Of a DNA stretch of 64,000 nt, positions 21,198 through 30,619 are shown in pieces. The notes below the pieces were generated by a model. It was not told the DNA's origin. It ran no database searches and saw only the letters and a program-made list of their open reading frames with translations. How positions within the stretch are numbered: position 1 is the stretch's first letter; the number at the start of each line of letters is the position of its first letter. The position numbers and the translations under genes were made by a program. Where the stretch lies: assembly GCA_965247115.1 (NCBI GenBank), contig CBDFGR010000003.1, positions 256,001 through 320,000 of the forward strand, in the 5' to 3' direction. The DNA comes from Myxococcota bacterium (GTDB taxonomy: Bacteria; Myxococcota_A; UBA9160; SZUA-336).

Positions 21198-21234
21198 CGA
21201 CCAGTTCGGAGCTTTGCTGGATGCAAAACCCCGC

Positions 21235-22446
21235 TCAGCTCCTGCGGTCGAGCTCCACGGCATAGCGCAGATCCGCCATGAACTCTGGGAACGCGGCGAT
21301 GACACGATGCCAGTTCGGGATCAGGGGCCTGCGCATGGGATCTCGCACGAACTCGAGCCCAGCCGCGCGGAGCCCAGTCGTGAAGGTCTCGACCATGAGC
21401 TCCTCGTAGTGCTGATCGAAGTGCAAACCGTTGATCAGGGCCTCGTCCGCATAGGCGGATACGGTGTCCTGCGCCTGCCGCAGATAGGCGGCACCCAGCG
21501 TATTCAGGAAGCCGGCGTCGAACTGCACTCCTCTGCTCGCGAGGTTCTGAAACAGAGATGTGGCAATGTCGATCACCATTCGATGTAGCCCGCGAGAGGG
21601 GTCCTCCGGAGACAGCTCCTGGTGTCTGTGGTCGTAGTTGTCGCAGAGCTCCACCTGACAAACGCGCTGCGGCGAGGCGTTGCGGAGCACCTCGGCCATC
21701 AGGCCGACCTCCAGCCCCCAGTCGCTGGGGATCCGGATCTGGCGAGCGAGGTCGACCTTGAGCGCGAACTCCCCGGCCAGCGGGTAGCGGAAGCTGTCGA
21801 TGAACTCGAGCAGCGGCAGGGAGCCAAGCGTCTGCTTCAAGGAACGAACGAGGGGCGTGACAAAGAGTCGGGTCGCCCGGCCGTGCAGCCGATCCGTCGC
21901 GCGCCCGTAGTAGCCCTTGCAGTAGTCGTAGTCGAGGTTGGGGTGAACGACCGGAAAGCACAGCCTGGCAAGGAAATCGGCCTCATACGTAGCCACGTCG
22001 CAGTCGTGAAAGACCAGCGCTTGGGCCACCCCATCCGAGAGCGCGTACCCGGCCCCGATCCAGACGGCCCGACCCTTGCCATCGGGTCCCGGCGCGAGCC
22101 TGTTCTCGTGCAGGCGTTCGAGAAGCTCTCCGACCGTCGGGCCCCCTCCCCAGATGCAAACCGCTTCTGGAACGGAGCGAAAGAACTTCTGCACGTCGTG
22201 AAATCCCGACGCATCGCAGGCTCCCGAAACGCTGACCACAACCTGGTGCAGGTACGGGACGCGCCGCAGCACTTCGACGATGTGCGCGAGCGCCGGAGCT
22301 TGGATCTCCGTGTGCAGGCAGGGCAGAACGAGGGTAACGGGTCGTTCGCGCGAGAAGTGCTTGAGCTCCGCCTCAAGACGTTCCAACGCTGGAGGTCCCA
22401 GCCGGTGGAGCGTCGTGATGAGCCCGGTCTGATGAAAATCGCTCAC
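21235..22446 (-). CDS. Glucosyl-3-phosphoglycerate synthase-like GT-A glycosyltransferase
   Basis: MSDFHQTGLITTLH, GKGRAVW, HDCD (DxD), CKGYY, FRYPLAGEF, DWGLEVG, YDHRHQ. Confidence 0.8.
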   Translation of the reverse strand: MSDFHQTGLITTLHRLGPPALERLEAELKHFSRERPVTLVLPCLHTEIQAPALAHIVEVLRRVPYLHQVVVSVSGACDASGFHDVQKFFRSVPEAVCIWGGGPTVGELLERLHENRLAPGPDGKGRAVWIGAGYALSDGVAQALVFHDCDVATYEADFLARLCFPVVHPNLDYDYCKGYYGRATDRLHGRATRLFVTPLVRSLKQTLGSLPLLEFIDSFRYPLAGEFALKVDLARQIRIPSDWGLEVGLMAEVLRNASPQRVCQVELCDNYDHRHQELSPEDPSRGLHRMVIDIATSLFQNLASRGVQFDAGFLNTLGAAYLRQAQDTVSAYADEALINGLHFDQHYEELMVETFTTGLRAAGLEFVRDPMRRPLIPNWHRVIAAFPEFMADLRYAVELDRRS

Positions 22447-22465
22447 GTCGGCGCCAGCTTAGCGG

Positions 22466-23464
22466 TTGCAGGGTGGAATGACTACGATGCCCCCGATGGC
22501 CGTGGGGGGAATGGCTGCAGCGCGCAGGCGCAAGATCGGATTGGCGCTGGGCGCTGGTGGCGCGCGCGGCTTCGCTCACATCGGCGTGTTGCGCGGGCTT
22601 GCGGAAGCAGAAATTCCGGTCGACGCGATCGCCGGCAGCAGCATCGGCGCTCTCATCGGGGCCGTCTATGCTGCGGGCCAGCTCGAGAACTTCGAGCGCC
22701 AGGTGCTCGACCTGGATTGGTCGGACATCGTGCGTATCTTCGACCCGGTCTGGCCGCGCTCGGGACTGATCTCCGGTGAGCGCGCGATCACGTGGCTACA
22801 GGGGCTCATCGGCGATTGGAAGATCGAGGACCTGGCCATTCCCTTCGTCGCAGTGAGTGTCGACCTCATCACCGGGGAGGAAGTCCTGATCCATGAGGGG
22901 CGCGTCACGGATGCGATCCGGGCAAGCATCTCGATTCCCGGCATCTTCGTGCCGCAGCGCGCGGGCCGACGTCTGCTGGTCGACGGCGCGCTGCGAAATC
23001 CCGTCCCGATCTCGGCCCTCTCCGCACTCGGTGTAGACATGAGCATCGCGGTGAACCTGCACGGCCAGCCGGTACGAGAGCTCTCGCGGCCCTCCGCACG
23101 CAGCTCCTGGACGCCTCGGACCAGCGTAGGCCAGCGGGCCGGAGAGATGGTCGAGCGCGGCCTCGCTCGTTTCTGGCGTCGCGGAAAGGCGACCGCAGAG
23201 GCCGAAGAAGGCGGCCCAAACCTCTTCGAGATCTTGACCGCATCCATGACGGTCATCGAGCACGAGCTCGCGCTGCACCGCCTGGCACGGGAACCCGCCG
23301 ACGTGGTGATCGAGCCCGACGTGCACTCGATCCGTTCCCTCGAGTTTCAGAAGGCACGCAAGGCAATTCAGGCGGGGCTGCGTCAGACGAGAGAGCAGAC
23401 AGAGGAAATTCGCGCCGCGGCCAGAAAGCGTGCCAGGCGGACACGGACCGAAACGCTCTCCTGA
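22466..23464 (+). CDS. Patatin-like phospholipase (RssA-type)
   Basis: GAGGARG, GSSIG, DGA motif; true start probably one of the Met codons up to 22511. Confidence 0.92.
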   Translation: MQGGMTTMPPMAVGGMAAARRRKIGLALGAGGARGFAHIGVLRGLAEAEIPVDAIAGSSIGALIGAVYAAGQLENFERQVLDLDWSDIVRIFDPVWPRSGLISGERAITWLQGLIGDWKIEDLAIPFVAVSVDLITGEEVLIHEGRVTDAIRASISIPGIFVPQRAGRRLLVDGALRNPVPISALSALGVDMSIAVNLHGQPVRELSRPSARSSWTPRTSVGQRAGEMVERGLARFWRRGKATAEAEEGGPNLFEILTASMTVIEHELALHRLAREPADVVIEPDVHSIRSLEFQKARKAIQAGLRQTREQTEEIRAAARKRARRTRTETLS

Positions 23465-23477
23465 GCGCGGAGTCGAG

Positions 23478-23840
23478 CTACAAGACCTCTTCCGACTCGG
23501 GAAGGACGTCGCGCAGCAGCTCCTGAGTCTCAGAGTCGACGTCGATGAAGCTGAGCGCGACCTCCTGCGAGAAGGCGTCGAGCTCGGTCACCCGGACCAG
23601 AGTCCCCACCACGCTGACCGTCCTGTCGCTCAGATTCAGCTGCACCCGCACGGTCTCGCCCGGATCGAGCTCCAGGCCCACGCACTGAAAGCGCACGCCA
23701 GCCATCGAGAGGTCCAATGCGTGAGCCAGCCCTCGGGGTCTGGAAACGCGCTCGATCGACACGACCGACTCCGTCATCACTCGCGGATACTTCCGGCGGT
23801 CGAAGCTTTGATCCGTCTTCACGAGGGTGCCTTCCGGCAC
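23478..23840 (-). CDS. PilZ domain protein
   Basis: DRRKYPR (RxxxR) and DLSMAG (DxSxxG). Confidence 0.88.
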   Translation of the reverse strand: MPEGTLVKTDQSFDRRKYPRVMTESVVSIERVSRPRGLAHALDLSMAGVRFQCVGLELDPGETVRVQLNLSDRTVSVVGTLVRVTELDAFSQEVALSFIDVDSETQELLRDVLPESEEVL

Positions 23841-23885
23841 CTCTCTTCGGGCGGATCGCAGCGGCGACTTTAGCGGCGGAAGACG

Positions 23886-24935
23886 CTAGAAGAGACGGAG
23901 CTGGCGAGCGTCACTCTCGCGGCCGCCCGCGCGAAGATTGGAGACCTGCAGGCGCAGGCGGCGCACGTGTCGCGCTCCCGCCTGCGCGCGCACGAGCAGC
24001 TGCAGGGCCGCCTCGCCGATCTCGGTCTGTCCATCGATCGCTTCGTCTACCGTCTGCGTGCGCGTCATCTGGGTCCCGTCGACGTAGGACAATCCCAGTG
24101 TCACGGTGCGGGCGGCACGCCGTTCCCGTGTCAGCATCCCTTCGAGCTCGGCGGCGAGCTCGAGCAGCTCATCGCCGAGTGAGCGCAGGTCCAGCGTCGC
24201 CTCGGACAGCGTGCGCTCCCGCGACAGGGACTTTGCGGGCGGTCGCGGGCGCAGCGGCGCAACGTCCTCGCCAAGCGCCAGCGAGCGGAAGGTGGCGGCG
24301 TTGCGCCCGGCAAGCTGCTCGAGCTCTTCCTGCGGGATTCGTTGAAGATCACCGATCGAGTCGAGGCCGCTCGCGGCGAGCTTCTTTGCCGTCGCTGGAC
24401 CCAGTCCCCAGATCTCGGTTAGGGAGAAGCGACTGAGAAAGCTGAGCGCCTCGTCAGGCTTGACCTCGCGGATGCCGCCCGGACCGGGGTGCCGAGCGCC
24501 CAGATACGCGACGAAGCGCGTCGGCCCGATGCCCGCAACGGAGTGCAAGCCGAGCTCCGCCTGCATGTGCACGCAGAGCTCGGCGGCGAGCGGCAGCGCT
24601 TCGAGCTGCGGCGGCACCTCGAGAAAGGTTCCGTCTACGCCGAATTCCTCGATCCGATCCGTGGTCGCGCGCAGCAGCGCGCGGGTCTCCGCCGCCACCG
24701 CGCGGTACCGCTTGAGTCGGGTGCGCCGAAACATGGCGTCAGGACAGCGTTCGAGCGCTTCGCGCGCCTCCATTCCTTCCACAACGCCGCGCTTGCGCGC
24801 CTCGACGCTCACGCCCGTCACGCTGCCGCGTTTGCGCGGATCACCGCCGACCACGACGGGCCGGCCGCGCAGCTCGTGGTTGTCCGCCTGCTCTACCGCT
24901 GCGTAGAAGCCGGGGATGTGGATGAAGATGATCAT
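23886..24935 (-). CDS. Y-family DNA polymerase homologue (DinB-like, active site degenerate)
   Basis: FYAAVEQ, LRGRPVVVGG, EARKRGV..GM, IWGLGP, KSLSRERT, C-terminal QLRLF clamp motif. Confidence 0.88.
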   Translation of the reverse strand: MIIFIHIPGFYAAVEQADNHELRGRPVVVGGDPRKRGSVTGVSVEARKRGVVEGMEAREALERCPDAMFRRTRLKRYRAVAAETRALLRATTDRIEEFGVDGTFLEVPPQLEALPLAAELCVHMQAELGLHSVAGIGPTRFVAYLGARHPGPGGIREVKPDEALSFLSRFSLTEIWGLGPATAKKLAASGLDSIGDLQRIPQEELEQLAGRNAATFRSLALGEDVAPLRPRPPAKSLSRERTLSEATLDLRSLGDELLELAAELEGMLTRERRAARTVTLGLSYVDGTQMTRTQTVDEAIDGQTEIGEAALQLLVRAQAGARHVRRLRLQVSNLRAGGRESDARQLRLF

Positions 24936-24944
24936 TCGCGCGGC

Positions 24945-25751
24945 CTACTCTCGAGACGGACGCAGTTCCCAGGATCCGACTCGATGATAGGCGACGTCGC
25001 TCTCGTGTATCCAGAGGGTCTGGGGACTGCCCGCCAGCCAGGCAGCGAGCCCGTCGTCGTAGTGCTCGCTACCGGAGTGGCCAGATTGCCCCCCGGCCAG
25101 GCCGAACTGCGCATGACCCGGATCCGCCAGATCGACCGCGTATCGCAGTCCGGGGCCCACGTAGGCGCCTTTGCGCAGGAGCTCGCCGTGATACATCGTC
25201 CAGATCGAATCGGGATCCCCACCGACGGGATGTGGACCCCGACCCAGGGCTCGACCCAGCCAACGGATGCGACCGTGGCCGAGCTGCTCGAAAGCATGGC
25301 GGAGCCGCAGCTGATGGAGCGCCCCCCAACCCCAGCGGCCGGGATTCGTGCCGACCTCGGCCTGCAAAAAACGCCACGTCTTCACCAGCGCCAACTCCAC
25401 CACCGCGGTCGTTGCCGCCGGGCGTGCTCGATCCAGAAGGCGCTCTAGGATGACACCCGGCAAGGGCTCAGAAGCGGCCAGGATCTCGTCCCCCCAGTCT
25501 GAGCCCAGACGCGCGTTGAGCAGCTCGCGGGTCAGCTCGTGACGGAAGACGTGGTACACGAGCGCTCCCCGCGAGGCCGTGTCCGTTCGACCGTCCCACT
25601 CGCGCAGAATCGTCCGCAGTGTGACGGCATTTGCAGACTTCAGCTCGACAGCATCGAAGAGCTCGCGGACGACATGTCGGCCGCGCTCCGACTCCTGCTC
25701 TCGCTGCAGCGCGAGCACGCGAGCGAGCTCGAACGGTGGGCCCTCGCCTAG
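24945..25751 (-). pseudogene. C-terminal fragment of a penicillin acylase (Ntn hydrolase), 5' part missing at the IS boundary
   Basis: LREWDG, WGWGALHQL, GPGLRYAVDL, GGQSGHSGSEHYDD; frame runs into the IS end at CTAG 25748-25751. Confidence 0.82.
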
Positions 25752-27026
25752 CAGGCTGCGGAGAAAGTGACTGGTTGAGGGGTGGTCCTTCCGACGAGGG
25801 GGTTCACCGGCCGAGGGGCGGGGCGCGATTCCCGGTTCGAACCGGTCTTGGGCTCCGCTGATCGCGGGGCGGTTTCGCACATGACCTACGTGGCCTCCAG
25901 CAGCTTGCGGATCCGGATCAGGTTGTAGGCTGCGGCCGTGAAGGTGAAGACCCAGCCGACCCGATCCGTGCCGCGGTGTCGGGTCTTGCGCATCAGCCCC
26001 ACGGTCTTCATCCAGCCGAAGACCTCTTCCACCCGTTTGCGAAAACGCTGACTCAGTTCGTAGCCCCGGTGGCGCGTCGTCCGCCCGTCGATCGCGCTGC
26101 GTCGATTCGTCGTGTTCTGCGCCACGTGTGGGGTCACGCCCAACTCTCGAAGCTCTTCCACGAACCCCTTCGTGTCGAAGCCCTTGTCTCCGCCCAATGT
26201 CCTCCGACGCCCGCCTCCCAGACCTTCCACCATCTCGAGCGCCGCTTCGCGCTCCGCATATCCCGACGCCTGCGTGAGCTTCGCCGCGACCACCAAGCCG
26301 TTCCGGTTCTCCGTCACCACGTGTCCCTGGTACGCGAGTCGGGCGCCTTGGCCTCTCATACCGGCGAGTCGTGCGTCGGGATCCGTCGTCGACGCATGCG
26401 TCTGGTTGCTCCGCTTCTCGCCTCGGAAGTTCACCGTCGGGTTGCCCGGGTCATCGTCGTCTCTCCGTTCCTCGTCCTTCCGTACGAAGCTCTTCTGGCT
26501 CGCCCACGCCTCGATCAGCGTCCCGTCTACCGTGAAGTGCTCCAACGACACCCATCCCTCGGTCTCGGCCTGCTCCAGCACTGCGTCGAAGAAGTGCTCG
26601 GCAATCTCGCCCTTGAGCAGCCGGTCTCGGTTCTTCGTGAACACCGTGGCGCTGAACACCACCTCGTCAAGCTCCAGACCCACGAACCAGCGATACAGCA
26701 GGTTGTACTCCAGCTGCTCCACCAGCTGCCGCTCGCTCCGGATGGTGTAGAGCACCTGCAGCAGCAGGGCGCGCAGCAGCTGCTCCGGGGGCACGGACGG
26801 GCGCCCTACGCCTCTGGCGTAGATCGCGTCGAAGCGCGGCGATAGCCGCTGCAGCGCCGTGTCGACCATGCGCCGCATCGCTCGAAGCGGATGATCATCC
26901 GGAATCCGCGACTCCAGCGACACGTAGCTGAACATCCCGCCCTGAAGCGTCCCCTGTCCTCTCACGCCTCCCCCTTTGGGGCTCGCTCCCAAGGTACCCT
27001 TCGATGAGGAGTTTTTCAGCAGCCTG
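25752..27026 (-). mobile_element. IS5/IS1182-like insertion sequence with 17-bp imperfect terminal inverted repeats, flanked by CTAG
   Basis: CAGGCTGCGGAGAAAGT (25752-25768) vs reverse complement CAGGCTGCTGAAAAACT (27010-27026), 14/17; CTAG at 25748-25751 and 27027-27030. Confidence 0.9.
25886..26965 (-). CDS. DDE transposase (IS5/IS1182-like)
   Basis: MFSYVSLESRIP.DHPLR, GRPSVPPE, VDGT / GDKGFD / RKRVEEVFG DDE motifs; GTG 26965 after GGAGG. Confidence 0.95.
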   Translation of the reverse strand: MRGQGTLQGGMFSYVSLESRIPDDHPLRAMRRMVDTALQRLSPRFDAIYARGVGRPSVPPEQLLRALLLQVLYTIRSERQLVEQLEYNLLYRWFVGLELDEVVFSATVFTKNRDRLLKGEIAEHFFDAVLEQAETEGWVSLEHFTVDGTLIEAWASQKSFVRKDEERRDDDDPGNPTVNFRGEKRSNQTHASTTDPDARLAGMRGQGARLAYQGHVVTENRNGLVVAAKLTQASGYAEREAALEMVEGLGGGRRRTLGGDKGFDTKGFVEELRELGVTPHVAQNTTNRRSAIDGRTTRHRGYELSQRFRKRVEEVFGWMKTVGLMRKTRHRGTDRVGWVFTFTAAAYNLIRIRKLLEAT

Positions 27027-27428
27027 CTAGGCGTTGGATGCGCCCCACGCCTTGATGTCTACCTCGGGAGGCACCGGGACAAATACCATTCGTACGGGGC
27101 CCTCGAGTACCTTGCTGGTGTGCCCTTTTCCCTCGACGGTGTCCGGCATGAACACCTCGCCGGGGCCCCAGCGGCGCTTCTCTCCGTCGGTTGTTCCGAT
27201 CTCCCACACGCCGGTCAGCATGATGCAGAGCTGGCGCGTGGGCGCGTTGTGCCAGTCCTGAAACGTGCCTGACGGCGCCTCGTAGACCCGGACCGCCGGC
27301 GATGCGAAGGCCTCGCTGAAGCGCAGGGCGTTCCCCCAGGCGTCCGTGGTGCTTCTCTCCAGCGGAACGTCGAACTCGTCGAACGCAGAGCCCCCGTCCG
27401 CGTTCGTGTAGAACCGAGTCACGTGCAT
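27027..27428 (-). CDS. Cupin-domain protein
   Basis: WHNAPTRQL, GEVFMPDTVEGKGHTS; stop TAG lies in the IS-flanking CTAG. Confidence 0.85.
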   Translation of the reverse strand: MHVTRFYTNADGGSAFDEFDVPLERSTTDAWGNALRFSEAFASPAVRVYEAPSGTFQDWHNAPTRQLCIMLTGVWEIGTTDGEKRRWGPGEVFMPDTVEGKGHTSKVLEGPVRMVFVPVPPEVDIKAWGASNA

Positions 27429-27444
27429 GTGGTCTCCTGTGCGG

Positions 27445-28482
27445 CTAGCGCTGTACCGGCAAGCTGGCGCGGGCCCACGCCAGCATGCCGCCCTCGAGAT
27501 TCTCCACGTCTCGGAAGCCCGCTCGCTGCAGCATGGCGGTTGCGCTCGCCGAGCGCGCACCGGCGCGGCAGACCACGACGATGCTCTGATCGACGTAGCC
27601 GGCCAGCTTGGGCAGTCGGTGCTCCAGCGCATCCATCGGAACCAGGATCGCCCCCTCGATGTGTCCGAGCTCGCCGACGAACTCCTCGGGCTCGCGAACG
27701 TCGATCACGAAGGGTCGGGAGTCCGAGTGCAGGCTGCGAGCAAGTGCCGCCGGCTTGACCTGCCGGACGCCGGCGACCTCGGGGAAGTTCGGAAACGCGA
27801 CCTCGCCGGCCTCGAAGCTGGACTGGTTGACCTGCAGGACCTCCTGGATCTGGTCTGGAAGATCCAAGCCCAGGTTGGCCATCTGCTCGATGTACTCCTC
27901 GCGCGTCTTGCCGAGAAAGCGCTGGTTGGAGCGCTTCTCCTCGCCAATGGTCGAGCTGGAGAGGCCCTTGTAGTCGTGGCCCGGCCAGACCACCGTCTCG
28001 TCGGGGAGTTTGAACAGCCGCTGGGTGACAGCGTCGTACTGAGCACCCGGGTCGCCACCGGGGAAGTCTGTTCGGCCCGATCCTCCGATGAACAGCGTAT
28101 CTCCCGTCAGTACGGCGCCAGGAAGCCGCAGGCACATGGAGTCCGGCGTGTGGCCGGGTGTGTGAAGGACCTCGATGCGCGCGTCGCCCAGCTCCAGCAC
28201 CTCGCCGTCCTGGACGTGGTCGTCGACGATCGGATTCGGGCTCTCGCGGTGCATGACCAGCGGGGCCCCGAAGCCCTCCTTGATCTCCCGACTCATCATC
28301 AGGTGATCTGCGTGCGTGTGCGTCTCGACGAGCAGATCGAGGCGAAGGTCCCGGCCAGACAGCTCCCGCCTGTAGCGCTCGACCCGCTCGCGCACGGGGT
28401 CGACCAGGGCTGCGTGGATCCCGGACACGAGCAGGTAGGTCTTGCAGTTCGCGTCGTTGAGCTGGTGAATCGTGAACGCCAT
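27445..28482 (-). CDS. Persulfide dioxygenase-like MBL-fold protein fused to rhodanese
   Basis: ETHTHADH, HTPGHT, GRTDFPGG, WPGHDYKG, then DVREP.EF and CRAGARS. Confidence 0.9.
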   Translation of the reverse strand: MAFTIHQLNDANCKTYLLVSGIHAALVDPVRERVERYRRELSGRDLRLDLLVETHTHADHLMMSREIKEGFGAPLVMHRESPNPIVDDHVQDGEVLELGDARIEVLHTPGHTPDSMCLRLPGAVLTGDTLFIGGSGRTDFPGGDPGAQYDAVTQRLFKLPDETVVWPGHDYKGLSSSTIGEEKRSNQRFLGKTREEYIEQMANLGLDLPDQIQEVLQVNQSSFEAGEVAFPNFPEVAGVRQVKPAALARSLHSDSRPFVIDVREPEEFVGELGHIEGAILVPMDALEHRLPKLAGYVDQSIVVVCRAGARSASATAMLQRAGFRDVENLEGGMLAWARASLPVQR

Positions 28483-28597
28483 GGCTCTCCGCGGAACGGA
28501 ACTCCCGGTAGTCTGACAGCGGGTTTGCTACAGCGTCAAACGTTCGGAAACCGCTGTGGCGCGTCGGCTAGAATGCAGCTGAACAGGGAGGGAACTC

Positions 28598-29398
28598 ATG
28601 AGCAGGCTACAGGGCAAGGTCGCGATCGTGACGGGGGCGGCGTCGGGGATTGGCGAGGGAACCGCCCAGCGTTTCGCCGAAGAGGGTGCGCAGCTCGTGA
28701 TCTGCGACGTGCAGGCAGACAAGCTCGAGGATGTCGCGGCGAGCATAAACAGCGCGCGCGGGGAGAAGGTCTGCGTCGCCGTCCCAGCGGACGTCTCCCG
28801 GGCCTCAGACGTCGAGGGCGTCTGCCAGCAGGCGGCCGAGCGCTTCGGTGGCCTGGACATCATGTACAACAACGCCGGCATCGCACGGAGAGAGGGCAAC
28901 GTGCGCGACTGCCCCGAAGAGGTCTACGACCAGATCATGGCGATCAATCTGAAGGGCGTCTGGCTCGGCATGAAGTATTCCCTTCCACTGCTGGAACGGA
29001 GGGGGGGCGGCTCGATCATCTCCACCTCGTCGATCGCCGGGCTGGCCGGGCTCTCCGGCATCGGCGCCTACTGCGCCTCCAAGGGCGGCGTGATCGCCTT
29101 GACGCGCGCCGCCGCGGGCGAGTGGGCAGCGAAGCGGATCCGCATCAACTGCATCTGTCCTGGCGGCATCGCGACACCCATCATGGCCAGGGATCCCGAT
29201 GCAGCGCGGGACAACATCGCGCGCATCCACCCGATCGGTCGCAGCGGCGAGTCCCTCGACATCGCCAATGCGGCGCTGTGGCTCGCAAGCGATGAGTCCA
29301 CGCTCGTCACCGGACAGGCCATCGTCGTCGACGGGGGCTGGACCGGTACGGACCGCCGCTACGACGAGCTGAACCACGCCGACTGGACCAAGGTCTGA
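28598..29398 (+). CDS. Short-chain dehydrogenase/reductase
   Basis: TGAASGIG, NNAG, YCASK. Confidence 0.95.
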   Translation: MSRLQGKVAIVTGAASGIGEGTAQRFAEEGAQLVICDVQADKLEDVAASINSARGEKVCVAVPADVSRASDVEGVCQQAAERFGGLDIMYNNAGIARREGNVRDCPEEVYDQIMAINLKGVWLGMKYSLPLLERRGGGSIISTSSIAGLAGLSGIGAYCASKGGVIALTRAAAGEWAAKRIRINCICPGGIATPIMARDPDAARDNIARIHPIGRSGESLDIANAALWLASDESTLVTGQAIVVDGGWTGTDRRYDELNHADWTKV

Positions 29399-29476
29399 GC
29401 GTGCGGCCGGAGCCCGATTTCTCGGACCTCGATCCGTAACTCTCCCGAGCTGCTATGGTCTCGGGGACCTGGAGGA

Positions 29477-30619
29477 GTGTTCATGCAGCTACCGTACGAG
29501 AACATCATCGATGCGGACGGCCACATCCTGGAGCCCCCTGACCTCTGGGAGCGCTACATCGACCCTCCACTCCGCGATCGGGCGCTCCGGGTACGCGAGC
29601 ACGACGGCCGGCAGGTGATCGAGATGGACGGGGAACGGTCCCGCTTCTTCGACTTCAGGGTACTCAGCACCCTGGGCGCGATGGGCAAGAGCCCGGCGGA
29701 GGTCGAGGCGATGCTGGGCGATAGCCACTACCCCGACAGCGCTCCCTTCGGCTCGGCCGATCCCAAGGAGCGGGTCGAGCTGCTGGATCGCGAGGGACTC
29801 GCCAAGGCCATCCTCTACCCCAGTATCGGTCTGGTGTGGGAGTGCGAGCTGGATGATCCGGAGCTCCACATGGCCTATGCGCGCGCCTACAACCGCTGGA
29901 TCTGCGAGTTCTGCGGCGACAGCGGCGGTCGGCTGGTCGCGATCGCGCACATCTCGCTGGTCGAGCCGCTCGAGGCTGCCGCCGAGCTGGAGCGCTCGGT
30001 GCGCGCGGGCGCAAAGGGCGCCTTCTTGTCGCCCTATACCCGCACGCGTATCCCGCACGCTCATCCCGACCACGACGTCTTCTGGGCCAAGGCGCAGGAA
30101 CTCGACGTCCCGGTTGCCATCCACCCGATGAGCGAGCACCCAAAGATCCGGACCTACCAGCGCTTCGACGGCATGAAGCAGGCCCGCTGGATGCAGAACG
30201 CGCTCGGCATGCAGGGTCCGCAGCAGGCCTTCTACGGCCTCTTCCAGTGGGGGCTCTTCGATCGCTTCCCGCGGGTAAAGGCAGTGCTGCTCGAATCCGG
30301 CGCCGGCTGGATCGGCGCTTCCCTCGACCGCATGGACACCACGTTCGAGACGTCGCTCGGCGACGGCGTGCCGCTAAAGGAGAAGCCGAGCTTCTACTTC
30401 AGGCGACAGTGCTGGATCTCGGGCGATCCCGACGAGAAGGCCCTCCCACTCATCATCGATCACGTGGGCAGCGACCGTTTCTTCTGGGCCACCGACTTCC
30501 CGCACTTCGATCACCCCGGAAACTACATCGAAGAGCTCGAGCACCTGGTATCCGGGCTCTCGGAGACCACGGGCCGGAACATCCTCGGCGACGCGGCCGC
30601 AGCGGCCTACGGTCTGTAG
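29477..30619 (+). CDS. Amidohydrolase_2 family protein
   Basis: IDADGHILEP, AYNRW, AIHP, ESGAGW, ATDFPHFD. Confidence 0.9.
   Translation: MFMQLPYENIIDADGHILEPPDLWERYIDPPLRDRALRVREHDGRQVIEMDGERSRFFDFRVLSTLGAMGKSPAEVEAMLGDSHYPDSAPFGSADPKERVELLDREGLAKAILYPSIGLVWECELDDPELHMAYARAYNRWICEFCGDSGGRLVAIAHISLVEPLEAAAELERSVRAGAKGAFLSPYTRTRIPHAHPDHDVFWAKAQELDVPVAIHPMSEHPKIRTYQRFDGMKQARWMQNALGMQGPQQAFYGLFQWGLFDRFPRVKAVLLESGAGWIGASLDRMDTTFETSLGDGVPLKEKPSFYFRRQCWISGDPDEKALPLIIDHVGSDRFFWATDFPHFDHPGNYIEELEHLVSGLSETTGRNILGDAAAAAYGL

Noticed and set aside
25752..25880. N-terminus of the 311-aa ORF 24945-25880
   Set aside because: The first ~43 codons are IS end sequence read through by chance; not native acylase.
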